A stretch of 64,000 nucleotides of DNA from Gemmatimonadota bacterium (GTDB lineage: Bacteria > Gemmatimonadota > Gemmatimonadetes > Gemmatimonadales > GWC2-71-9). The stretch spans positions 48,866 through 112,865 of the forward strand of contig QHTZ01000081.1 in the NCBI GenBank assembly GCA_003221005.1, in the 5' to 3' direction. Position 1 is the stretch's first letter. Every line of letters starts with the position of its first letter. The notes beneath the pieces were generated by a model, which searched no databases, was not told where the DNA came from, and saw nothing but the letters and a program-made list of their open reading frames with translations. Below, piece by piece: positions 1 to 8,926 of the stretch. The position numbers and the translations under genes were made by a program.

Positions 1-244
1 AGCCGCCCTGGTGACTGGTGTGGCCGTACACGAGATCGGCACGGACCGAGAGCGGCGAGTGGGGCAGGCCCAGGTCGAGCGCGCCCATCAGGTGCCAACC
101 GGCGTTGTCCAGAGTGGAGTAATCCCCCGACGGAACTACGCCGCCGAGGCCCAAGCTGAGGCGAGGCTTCTGCGCAGCCGCTGGCGAGGCGACGAGCGCC
201 CCCATCCAGCCGAGGACCACCAAGCTCAACAGTACCCGTTTCAT
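1..244 (-). CDS. Outer-membrane beta-barrel-like secreted protein, 5' part (runs off window)
   Basis: Not in ORF track. ATG at 244 with GGAGG RBS (252-256). Reads MKRVLLSLVVLGWMGALVASPAAAQKPRLSLGLGGVVPSGDY...VRADLVYGH: signal peptide followed by alternating beta-strand pattern. Confidence 0.7.
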   Translation of the reverse strand, partial: MKRVLLSLVVLGWMGALVASPAAAQKPRLSLGLGGVVPSGDYSTLDNAGWHLMGALDLGLPHSPLSVRADLVYGHTSHQGG

Positions 245-297
245 TGGACTGCCTCCGCATCGCAAGAACTGCAGGTGGGCCAGCGGGCGCGGGGCAG

Positions 298-340
298 ATG
301 ATAGAGATGGGGGGGCGGCCAGGACGTGATGCAGATCACC
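298..340 (-). promoter_or_regulatory. Class II CRP/FNR-type promoter for the beta-barrel gene
   Basis: cGTGA-tgcaga-TCACc at 325-340 (8/10 match to TGTGA-N6-TCACA). Minus-strand -10 TATCAT at 303-298 places the site centre at about -41.5. Confidence 0.55.
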
Positions 341-396
341 AATTTCGCTCAACTGATTGTGGCAATGCGGGTTAGCGCGAGGCCCGACGGCTCCGG

Positions 397-1623
397 TCAG
401 CGTGTCAGCACCAGCGCGACCACGCCCCACGCGAGCGTGAGCGCGGTGACGGGCATGCCCACGCGGGCGTACTCCCAGAAGCCGATCGGCGCGCCGCGCT
501 TCTCGGCGCGCTCGGCTACGATGAGGTTCGCCATCGACCCGATGAGCAGCAGGTTCCCGGCGAACGTCGAGCTCATCGCGACCACGCGCCACACGAGGTC
601 CGAGTCGGGGAGGTTGGGCACCGTGTTGCGCCACAGGATGACCGCCGGCACGTTAGAGATCAAGTTCGAGAGCCCCGTGAGCGCGGCGCTCACGACGACG
701 GCGGCGCGCCACACCGTGCCGTGGCTCAGGAGCGACACCGCGTGGCGATCGATCCAGGCTACGGCGCCCGTCTGCTCGAAGCCGCGCATCACCACGAACA
801 GAGAAGCGAAGAACAGCAGCAGCGACCACTCGACGCGGTCGATCGCGTAGGCCGGGTCGCGCTGCCCGAGCGCCACCATCGCGGCGCCCGCCGCGATCGC
901 TACGAGGGGGAGCGGCCCGCCGGCGAGCCACGCCACGACGGCGCACCCGAACATCGCGAGCCCCTTCGCGACCAGCGGACGGTCGAGGGCGACGGGCACG
1001 GACTCGAGCCGCTCGCGGAACGGCTCGCGTAGCTCCGCGCCATAGACCCAGCGCAGGTAACCGTAGGTGATCGCAAGCCCGCCGGCCGCCACCGGAAGCA
1101 TGTGCGCGAGGAACCCGCCGAACGTCGCTCCGCTCCAGATCCCCACCAGCATGTTCTGCGGGTTTCCCGTGATCGACAGCACCGAGCCGACGTTGGAGCC
1201 CATCGCGAGGCCGATGAGATACGGGTTCGGTCGCACGCGCAGCGGGCCGAGCGCGGCGAGCAGCACCGGCGTGACGACGAGGCAGATCGTGTCGTTCACG
1301 AACAGCGCCGACAACAGGCCGCCCCCGATGACGACGCCGAGCAACAGCCGCTCGGGCGTGACCGCGCGCTTCAAGACCCATTCCGCCGCCCACTCGAAGA
1401 ACTTCCCCACCTCGAGGTAGCCGACGATGAGCATGAGGCCCAGCAGGAAGACGAGAACGTCGAAATCGATGGCGGCGTAGGCGTCGGGGAGCGGCAGCAC
1501 GCGGAACGCGACCATCGCAACCGCGCCGAGCAGGCTTGCGGCGGGCCGATTGAGGTGCACGAAAGGCAGGCGCTGGACCGCGATGAGAAAGTAGGTCGCG
1601 GCGAAGATGATGAGGCCGGTCAG
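397..1623 (-). CDS. Anion permease, ArsB/NhaD/CitM (SLC13-like) family
   Basis: Multi-TM protein with LSALFVNDT, GSVLSITGNPQN, SNLISNVPA and AGNLLLIGSMANLIV motifs. True start is near 1623 (CTG overlapping the GNAT stop); the upstream part of the 677-aa track ORF is shadow. Confidence 0.85.
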   Translation of the reverse strand: MTGLIIFAATYFLIAVQRLPFVHLNRPAASLLGAVAMVAFRVLPLPDAYAAIDFDVLVFLLGLMLIVGYLEVGKFFEWAAEWVLKRAVTPERLLLGVVIGGGLLSALFVNDTICLVVTPVLLAALGPLRVRPNPYLIGLAMGSNVGSVLSITGNPQNMLVGIWSGATFGGFLAHMLPVAAGGLAITYGYLRWVYGAELREPFRERLESVPVALDRPLVAKGLAMFGCAVVAWLAGGPLPLVAIAAGAAMVALGQRDPAYAIDRVEWSLLLFFASLFVVMRGFEQTGAVAWIDRHAVSLLSHGTVWRAAVVVSAALTGLSNLISNVPAVILWRNTVPNLPDSDLVWRVVAMSSTFAGNLLLIGSMANLIVAERAEKRGAPIGFWEYARVGMPVTALTLAWGVVALVLTR

Positions 1624-2588
1624 ATCTCCCAGTTGGAGAACAGCACGCCCGTGCCCGCGTGGGGCTCGGGGTACCCCTCGCAGGTCATGCGCAGGTCGGT
1701 CCAGCGCACGCGGTAACCGCGCTCGATCAGGTGCCGGAACGCCCCCTCGTAGCGCGTCTGACAGCGGATCGCGACGCGGCGGATGCCGGCACGCGCCGCG
1801 GCTGCCTCCGTGGCGACGAGCGCGGCCGCGAAGGCGCGCTCGTCCCGCGCGGCGAGCTTCAGGATGCGGAGCTCTTCCTTGGGCCGGCCCTCGGCGAGCG
1901 GCGCCGAGTGCCACAGCACGAAGGCGTCGAGCCCGTCGCTGCCGTCCACCAGCGTCGTGTCGCCGAGACCGAGCTGCGCCGTGAGCAGAATCTCCCGCGT
2001 GAAGTCCGGGCCAGGGGCGAGCGCCCCGACGAGCCGGGCGGCCGCCGCGGTCGCGGCCTGCTGCGCGGCCGCGGGGCGCTGCGACAGGAGCGCCGGGGCG
2101 GCGTGACCACGCGTCGCGAGATCGCGCGTCATCGTCACCGTGAGGTAGCCAGGAGCGAACCCGAGGCGCCCGTAGAAGCCGATGTTCTCGACCGTGCGCG
2201 GCATCGTCTCGAGGCCCACGGTGGCGACGTGCTGGTCCACCAGCCAGTCCACCGCGGCCCGCACGGTCGCCTTGCCGATCCCCACGCCCTGCCGGTCGGG
2301 GCGGACCGCGAGCGGGCCCATCCACCCCTCGGCGCCCGAGCGGTGCGCCACGTTGAAGGCGACGACCTGTCCCGCCTCGTCGCGCCACACCATCGCGCCG
2401 TCGCCCGCGTCGAGCAGCGCGTAGCGCCACACCTGGGGATTGAGATGCGGCACCCGCACGCCGACCAGGCCGTCGCGGCGGTAGCGGTCGGTGAACGCGT
2501 CGGCGAACACCCGGTTCAGGCTCTCGATGTCGCGCTCGACCGCGCGCTCGGGGCCCGAGACCTGGCGCTCAGGCAGCCACGCCCGCAT
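1620..2588 (-). CDS. GNAT family N-acetyltransferase (probably tandem GNAT)
   Basis: Acetyl-CoA motif A LAVRPDRQGVGIGK and NIGFYGRLGF. Start ATG 2588 overlaps the rad50 end. Confidence 0.85.
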   Translation of the reverse strand: MRAWLPERQVSGPERAVERDIESLNRVFADAFTDRYRRDGLVGVRVPHLNPQVWRYALLDAGDGAMVWRDEAGQVVAFNVAHRSGAEGWMGPLAVRPDRQGVGIGKATVRAAVDWLVDQHVATVGLETMPRTVENIGFYGRLGFAPGYLTVTMTRDLATRGHAAPALLSQRPAAAQQAATAAAARLVGALAPGPDFTREILLTAQLGLGDTTLVDGSDGLDAFVLWHSAPLAEGRPKEELRILKLAARDERAFAAALVATEAAAARAGIRRVAIRCQTRYEGAFRHLIERGYRVRWTDLRMTCEGYPEPHAGTGVLFSNWEI

Positions 2589-4974
2589 CGGCAGCTCCCG
2601 GCGTCGCGGTGTCGTCCCGGACCACACTCGTGCCCCCGTCCCGGGTAGCGTCATAGTCCACGCGGATCACTCGATCCACCCCTTCCCGCACCTGCTCGAT
2701 GTGCGTGATGAGAATAACCTGTGGGAAGCGATCAGCCAGCCGGCGCAGCAGGGCGACGACGTGCTGGCGGCGCGCGTCGTCGAGCGAGCCGAAGATCTCG
2801 TCGAGCACCAGGAGCGAGAGCGGCTGGCCGGCGCGCTCCGCGATCATCTGCGAGATCGCGAGCCGCAGCACCAAGTTCGCCACGTCTTCCTCGCCCCCCG
2901 AGATCACGGGCTTGGGGACGCCGCCATCGAGAATGACGACCTCGTAGTCCTCGGTGAGATCGATCTGCTGATAGCGCCCGTCGGTGAGGTCCGCCAAGAA
3001 GTCCGACGCGAGATCGGCGATCTCGGGGCGCATCGCGGCATTCAGGTCGGCCCGCAGATCGGAGAATGCGCGATCCAGCTCGTTGTGGAGGCGGTGGCGC
3101 GTCTTGCGCTCGCTGATGTCCCGGTCCCGCGCCGCGCGCTCCTCCTCCCGGCGCGCGGCCTCTTGCACGTCCCCCTCGGCGCGCGACAGGTCGCCGCGGG
3201 CCTCGACCAGCGCCAGCTCCGCCTCACGCAGGGTCCCGAGCGCCCGGTCGTAGCGATCCTTGGCGAGGCGGAACTGCTCCTCGGAGAAGCCCTCCGCCCG
3301 GACGGCGTCCGCCAGCTCGCGCACCCGGCGCTCGGCCTGGGAGAGCAACTGCTCCGCCTGCTCCGCCTCGGGCACCAGGCCCTCCGCCCGCTGCGCCCGC
3401 TCCTCGAGCGCCGCGGCTTCCAGCGCCACCGGCTCGAGCTTCACCAGCTCGGCCCGGACGGCGTCGTGGCGCGCCGCGTCGTATCCCGTGCGGCGCGTCG
3501 CGAGCCGGCGCTCCAGGCCCGTGGCGCGCTCCCGGGCGGCATCCAGCTCCGCCTTGGCCCGCGCGCGCTCCTCGGCCTGCGCCCGCAGCTCGCCTGCCCG
3601 CTCGCTCGCCCGCCGGCTCTCCTCTCGCAGCTCGTCGCGCTGCGCCTCGAGCAGCCCCACACCGGCGGGCGGCTCCGCGAGCTGCTCCAGCCGTTGGCGG
3701 AAGAACTTGCCGTCCTCCACGATCGCCTGGAGCTGACGGTCGAGGATTCCGAGCACCGCGGCGTGCTCGCCCCCGAGCGGCCGCCGGCACGTCGGGCACT
3801 CTCCCTCGGGGCCGAGCTGGGCGATCTTGTCGCGCTGCTCCTTCACCTCGTCGTACTGCTTGAGGAGCTCCGCCCGCCGCGTCGCGGCGTATTCCTTCTC
3901 CCGCACCCAGGCTGCCTGCTGCTCCTCGACTGCCGCCTCGGCCGCCTGCACGCGCTCGGCGAGGCGCCGTGCCTCCGCCTCCGCTCGCTCGAGCGCCGCC
4001 CCCACGTCCGCGAGCTCCGCGATCCGCTGCTCCAGCCCGCGCGTGGTGCGCGCCAACTCGTCGAGCTGCGCCTGCTCCGCGCGCCGGGCCGCCTCCTCCC
4101 GCTGGAGCAGCTCGAGGTCGGCGAGCTCGCCCTTGAGCCGGGCCACGGGCGCGAGCTCCGCCTCCAGCTGCTTCAGCTGCTCGCGCGCTTTGAGCGCGTC
4201 GGCCAGCTCCTTGTCGAGCCGCTGGAACTCCTGGCGCCGCCCCTCGACGGCCTGGTGCGCCATGCGGCGCTCCCCGTCGAGCGACAACGTGCGCTCGCGC
4301 CGCGCGGTCCACTCGTTCCAGCGCGGCTCCTCGCGCGCGAGCCGCTGCTGGGCCTGCGCCCGGGCCGTGTCCGCCGCCTGCGCCGCGCGCTGCGCCGCCG
4401 TCAGGCGGGCTTCCGCAGCGCGGCGCTGCTCGGCGAGCGCCTGGGGATCGGGGAGCGCGGCCTCGAGCCCCTTCACTTCGGCGGCGAGCGTATTCCGCAC
4501 CTCGCGCACGCGCTCCTGCGCGAGGCGCAGCCGCTCGTACCCGAGCACCTGCGAGAGGAACGCGGCCCGGTCGGTCTTCCCGAGCGCTGCCATCACCTTG
4601 AGCTCTTTCTGGCCCGTGAAGTAGGTGTTGAAGAACTCCTGGTGCGTCATCCCCAGGGCCCGCTCGAGCTTGTCCGTCACCGCCTTGAGGGAGTTGGCGA
4701 CGAGCTGGCCGTCCTGATGCAGCGCCGCCGTGGACAGCGTACGGGCGACCCGGTACTCGTGCGCGCCGAGCCGGAACTCGAGCTCCACCTCGACGTTGGC
4801 GCGCCCCTTCACCCCGATGCGCCGGATGGAGTCCTTGTCCCCGCGCACGGCCTGGACGCCGTACAGCGCCCAGGCGATCGCCTCCAGGATCGTCGTCTTC
4901 CCGGAGCCGTTGGGGCCGATGATCCCCGTGATGCCGGGACCGAACTCGAGCTCGGTGTGCGCGTGCTGCCGGAA
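2569..4974 (-). CDS. sbcC: SbcC/Rad50 SMC-family ATPase (first ~10 codons missing)
   Basis: Walker A GPNGSGKTT, long coiled coil, Zn-hook CPTC, signature ISGGE, Walker B/D-loop LVLDEIFGSLD, H-loop ILITH. Homology begins abruptly at FRQHAHTE with no start codon. Confidence 0.9.
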   Translation of the reverse strand, partial: FRQHAHTELEFGPGITGIIGPNGSGKTTILEAIAWALYGVQAVRGDKDSIRRIGVKGRANVEVELEFRLGAHEYRVARTLSTAALHQDGQLVANSLKAVTDKLERALGMTHQEFFNTYFTGQKELKVMAALGKTDRAAFLSQVLGYERLRLAQERVREVRNTLAAEVKGLEAALPDPQALAEQRRAAEARLTAAQRAAQAADTARAQAQQRLAREEPRWNEWTARRERTLSLDGERRMAHQAVEGRRQEFQRLDKELADALKAREQLKQLEAELAPVARLKGELADLELLQREEAARRAEQAQLDELARTTRGLEQRIAELADVGAALERAEAEARRLAERVQAAEAAVEEQQAAWVREKEYAATRRAELLKQYDEVKEQRDKIAQLGPEGECPTCRRPLGGEHAAVLGILDRQLQAIVEDGKFFRQRLEQLAEPPAGVGLLEAQRDELREESRRASERAGELRAQAEERARAKAELDAARERATGLERRLATRRTGYDAARHDAVRAELVKLEPVALEAAALEERAQRAEGLVPEAEQAEQLLSQAERRVRELADAVRAEGFSEEQFRLAKDRYDRALGTLREAELALVEARGDLSRAEGDVQEAARREEERAARDRDISERKTRHRLHNELDRAFSDLRADLNAAMRPEIADLASDFLADLTDGRYQQIDLTEDYEVVILDGGVPKPVISGGEEDVANLVLRLAISQMIAERAGQPLSLLVLDEIFGSLDDARRQHVVALLRRLADRFPQVILITHIEQVREGVDRVIRVDYDATRDGGTSVVRDDTATPGAADAGVAA

Positions 4975-6091
4975 GCTCCGTGCGGTCCAGATCGGCGTCG
5001 AGGGGGCGCCGCTCCAGGAACTCACGCACCGTCTCGGGGATGGTCTGTCGCCGTCCGGCCACGCCCACGGTCTGGAGGCGAGGCAGCTCGGGGCGGCGGA
5101 CATCGAGCTGGAAGTGGAGCGCGCGCGCCTTGTACGCTCGGATGGCGGCGTGATCGAGGTCGCGCGCCGTGGCGCGGGAGACGTCGAACACGAGGAGGCG
5201 CACCACCTGGTCGTCGATCGGCGGCTTGGCGACGGCCACTGCGGCGGCGATCCGCTCGTCCAGCTCCTTCGGGGTGAGGCCTTTCCCTTCGATCACGGGC
5301 AGCTCGACGTGGCGCCGCGCCAGCGCCAGCGGTCGAAACGTCACCCGGGCGCCCGGCAGCTCCACCAGGAGGTAGCCCTTCCCGCGCCGCCCGTGCTCCG
5401 CTTCGTCTTGGAGCTGGCCCCACGGATTGGGGGCGACGTACTCGAGGCTCCCCGCGTACCACGCGTTGGGCGCCAGCTGCTGCGCCACGTGGTAGTGGCC
5501 GAGCGCGACGTAGTCCCACTGGGCGGGGGCGAGGTCGGTGCGATCGACCGGCGCGCCGCCGTACTCCATGGTGCCGCGCGCTTCGCCCACTCCCGGCCAT
5601 TGCCCGTGGAGCAGCAGCACGTTGAAGGTGCGCCCACCCTGCGGCCGCAGGGCCGGCCGCTCAGGTTGGGCCAGCGCCTGATGCGGCACCGCGAGGACCG
5701 AGCAATCGAGCGCCGGGAAGACGAGCCGCCGTGCCTGGTCCACCACCACCTCCACGCCGAGCGCTTCGTACAGCCGCAGGATCGTCCCGGTCTCGGCGCT
5801 GCGGGGCGTGTCGTGCTCTCCCGCGATCATCACTACGGCGGAGTCGGGTAGCTCTGCCCGCAGGCGCTGCAGCTGGCGAAACAGGAACAGGATCGCGGGG
5901 TTGGCCGGCCGGATGGAGTGGAAGATGTCTCCCGCGAGGAGAATCAAGTCGGGGCGCTGGTCGATGAGGTCGTCCACCGCGCGCCGGAACGCTTCGGCGA
6001 CGTCGGCCTCGCGCTGGTTCCCGCCCCGAGGCGTCTGCCGCTCGCACTGGCGGAACCCGAGGTGCAGGTCGGCGAGGTGCGCGAGCTTCAC
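4973..6091 (-). CDS. sbcD: SbcD/Mre11 metallophosphoesterase nuclease (3' end lost, reads through into shadow sequence)
   Basis: Motifs HLADLHLG, LAGDIFH, AGEHD, LLHG, YVALGHYH, YAGSLE. Plausible protein ends at ...DLDRTEL (~4973). Confidence 0.9.
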
Positions 6092-6095
6092 CCGC

Positions 6096-6953
6096 TCACT
6101 TCGCCTCGTTCAGCTGGAGCGACGTGAGATGTTGCAGCGACATCTGCACCGCTCCCTGCGGACCGCCGCTCACGTTGACCCGCATGTTCCCTCCCATCGA
6201 CGAGCGGACCGCCGCCCCCCGCGTGACCGAGAACAGCTGCTCCCCGGCGAGCCCCCCCGTCAGCTTCAGCGTTTGCCGCGCCCCGCCGTCCCCGGTGACG
6301 GTGATCGGGTCCCCCGGAAAAGTGGTCTCCACGCCGACCAGGATGGTGGTGTCGGGGCCGCCCGCATTCAGCTCCTTGAGCGTCAACTTCGTATGCGCCC
6401 TGGCCGTGCCGCTCCCGATCTCGCCGACGGGCAGCGCGGTTTCCGTGGTCCAGGAGTCGCCCACCCCCACGGGCTGCTCGGGGAGGGGGAAGACCATCCC
6501 CTCGATGTGACCCCCCAACTGCTCCATGATCTGCGGCGGTAGCCCGCGGACCGGGGCGAGCTCGGCGTGCAGCACGTTCATGCGGTCGTCGTAGACGACC
6601 TGGCCCTTGAGTCCGCGCATCCCAACGAGCACGGGATCGAGCGAGCCGGGCGCCAGCATGGTGGACTCGATGGCGGTCGAGTCGAGCCTGATCGTCACGG
6701 CGACGCCACCCCGCGCGGGCCCGCCCACGGACTGGGTGAAGTACATCCGCGTGGTGAACTTCTGCTCCCCCAAGTGCCCCATGGGACCGCCCTCGAGCTT
6801 CATGGAGTTGTGCTGCTCCAGGGCGTAGTGGTACGAGGCGCCGACCGGTGGATGGTAGCGCAGCGTCAGCTTCGTGGCGCTCCGTTCTTTGCCGCACCCG
6901 AGGGCCGCGAGCCCCAGAGCGAGCCCTGCGAAGCGACGGGCGTGGTGTGACAT
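6096..6953 (-). CDS. Hypothetical beta-rich lipoprotein
   Basis: Lipobox LAALGC; FPLPEQPVGVGDSWT motif; lies between herA and sbcD. Confidence 0.75.
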   Translation of the reverse strand: MSHHARRFAGLALGLAALGCGKERSATKLTLRYHPPVGASYHYALEQHNSMKLEGGPMGHLGEQKFTTRMYFTQSVGGPARGGVAVTIRLDSTAIESTMLAPGSLDPVLVGMRGLKGQVVYDDRMNVLHAELAPVRGLPPQIMEQLGGHIEGMVFPLPEQPVGVGDSWTTETALPVGEIGSGTARAHTKLTLKELNAGGPDTTILVGVETTFPGDPITVTGDGGARQTLKLTGGLAGEQLFSVTRGAAVRSSMGGNMRVNVSGGPQGAVQMSLQHLTSLQLNEAK

Positions 6954-6967
6954 CCAGCGGCCTCCAG

Positions 6968-8926
6968 TCAGTATGGTTCGTCCGACAGCGGGTTGAGGGG
7001 CGGCACCGCCTCGCGCGCGCGTCCGGCGGGCTCGGCCGCCGCGACCCGCGCCCCTAGCGCCCGCCGGAAGAACGCGAGCGGGTCTTCGGGCCGGGCGCGC
7101 CGTGTCGCGGCGAGCGCGCGGCGCACGTCATCCGGCGCGCGGTCGACGATGAGGTCGTGCACCGCGTTCGGCCGGATCCTGCGGTCGAGCCTGAGGAGCT
7201 GGCGCACGACCGCGTCGGCGAACGGCAGATCGGCAGCGGGTGGGAACCGCTCGACGCCGTCCCGCCCGCGCAGCACCGCGGGCCGCGGGAACCGCACGAA
7301 GATCGGTTGCGTGAAATGCGGGTGGCGCACCATCAGCTCGCCGATGGGCAGGGTGGCGAGCTTGATCTTGGTGGCGGGCGAGAGCACCTGGTAGCCGGGC
7401 GTGGCCAGCTCGTCGTAGTCCATACGCCCGTAGACGATCGTGCCGGCGTTCCCCACCACTCGCCGATGTACCTGCGAGCGGAACTGCTCGGCGCCGAAGA
7501 GCACGAGCCCAAGGTAACGCCCGCGCTCCGAGATATCGAGCAGCATCTTGCGGACGTACGTGTCCGGCCCGTCGGCCGGCGCGTACTTGTTGAGCTCGTC
7601 CACGAACACCACGACGGCCTCGACGCCGAGATCGCGCCGCTCGAGGTGCTCGCGCAGCTGCGACACGACGCGCGCAAACACGAGGTCCTGGCCAAGCGGA
7701 TCCACGTTCGCCAGATCGACCACGTACACGGCCCGGTCCTCGAACGCGCCCCACGGCAGGTCGTTCGAGGGGCCGTCGTCGGTGACGAGCCCCTTGCAAC
7801 GGGTCGAGATGTTGGAGAGCCGGTTCCGGACCTTGCGCATCGTCGCGATGTGATGAGTGCGCCACATGTCGCTGCGGCCTGCCAGCTCGAGCCCGTCGAA
7901 GATGGCGCGGAACAGCGCATCCAGGTCTGCGAACGTCTGGACCCGATGGGTGCCGCCGAAGCCATCGTCGAACTCCCGGTTGAGCACCCGGTCGGCGAGG
8001 AAGTCGATGAATGCGTCGGCCTTGGCGTCGATGTCGTCGCGGTTCAGGAGCACTTCGGCGAAGTCGAGCACCTCCTGGAGGCCCCACACGAGGGGCTCGA
8101 CGGCGCCCACGAGGTCGGGATGGGTGCGCAGCGTATTGAGGTTCACGCCGTCCGCCTTGAAGGGCGCGTAGTAGCGCACCCGGCGGAACGGCTGCGGCGC
8201 GACCCCGAGCCGCTCGTAGCGGCGGCGGTCCGCGTCGTCGAGGCTCCCCGGCTGGTCGAGGAAGCAGAGGTCGGGACCCTTCACGTTGAAGCACACGGCG
8301 GCAATCCGTCCCTTGTGCGCCGGGAAGTGCTGGAAGATGGACGACAACAGGAACTCGACGGCGCTCGTCTTGGTCGCGAGTCCAGAGACGCCCGAGATGT
8401 TGAGGTGAGCCGCTTCAGGACCGTGCAGGAAGTCCGCGTCCAGGTAGACCGGCGCCTCGAGCCCTCCCGAGGTGTACAGCCCCACCGGGATGGCGGTGGG
8501 GGTGGCGCCCTGGAGGTAGGTCTCCATGCGGAGGGCGCGGGCCACGTCAGGGTCGGTCGCCACGAACACGCGGCCGAGCGGGACCGGCTGCAGCGGCTCC
8601 TCGGGCTCCTGGCGCAGCACGGCCGCGGTCCACAGCCGAATCTCCTGGCGCACCGTGGGGCTGTCAGCTGCGCGAGCGGGATCTCCGTCGGCGCCGACCA
8701 CGTCGTGCAGTGGGGTGGCAAGGTCGGAGTAGGCGAACCCATCCGTCACAACCCCGAAGACCACCCTTCCCTCTTCCCCCGTCCCACTTCCCTCGACCCT
8801 GACAATCGCCCCGATCCCGATCGCCGTCTCGGTAGCGGTCCAGAAGTGGAATTGGTGCGGCGTCGCCGGCTTGAGCTCGGTGGCGACCACCCGGCCGACC
8901 GGCTCCGGCGCCCGTTTCTGGATCAC
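6968..8926 (-). CDS. herA: HerA-family ATPase/helicase (HAS barrel + FtsK-HerA ATPase)
   Basis: N-terminal HAS-barrel-like strands, bacterial-HerA Walker A ISGVSGLATKTS, FNVKG, Walker B VVFVDELNKYAP, arginine finger ERGRYLG, GAEQ. Confidence 0.85.
   Translation of the reverse strand: MIQKRAPEPVGRVVATELKPATPHQFHFWTATETAIGIGAIVRVEGSGTGEEGRVVFGVVTDGFAYSDLATPLHDVVGADGDPARAADSPTVRQEIRLWTAAVLRQEPEEPLQPVPLGRVFVATDPDVARALRMETYLQGATPTAIPVGLYTSGGLEAPVYLDADFLHGPEAAHLNISGVSGLATKTSAVEFLLSSIFQHFPAHKGRIAAVCFNVKGPDLCFLDQPGSLDDADRRRYERLGVAPQPFRRVRYYAPFKADGVNLNTLRTHPDLVGAVEPLVWGLQEVLDFAEVLLNRDDIDAKADAFIDFLADRVLNREFDDGFGGTHRVQTFADLDALFRAIFDGLELAGRSDMWRTHHIATMRKVRNRLSNISTRCKGLVTDDGPSNDLPWGAFEDRAVYVVDLANVDPLGQDLVFARVVSQLREHLERRDLGVEAVVVFVDELNKYAPADGPDTYVRKMLLDISERGRYLGLVLFGAEQFRSQVHRRVVGNAGTIVYGRMDYDELATPGYQVLSPATKIKLATLPIGELMVRHPHFTQPIFVRFPRPAVLRGRDGVERFPPAADLPFADAVVRQLLRLDRRIRPNAVHDLIVDRAPDDVRRALAATRRARPEDPLAFFRRALGARVAAAEPAGRAREAVPPLNPLSDEPY

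Noticed and set aside
2491-5277. 928-aa plus-strand ORF and many other long antisense ORFs (e.g. 7157-9010, 45010-46476, 62230-63921)
   Set aside because: Shadow ORFs of high-GC genes; no motifs, and each lies opposite a well-supported gene.
3224-6091. 955-aa ORF as a giant SbcD protein
   Set aside because: Beyond ~4973 it is Arg/Gly/Ala-rich off-frame translation of sbcC, caused by the junction lesion.
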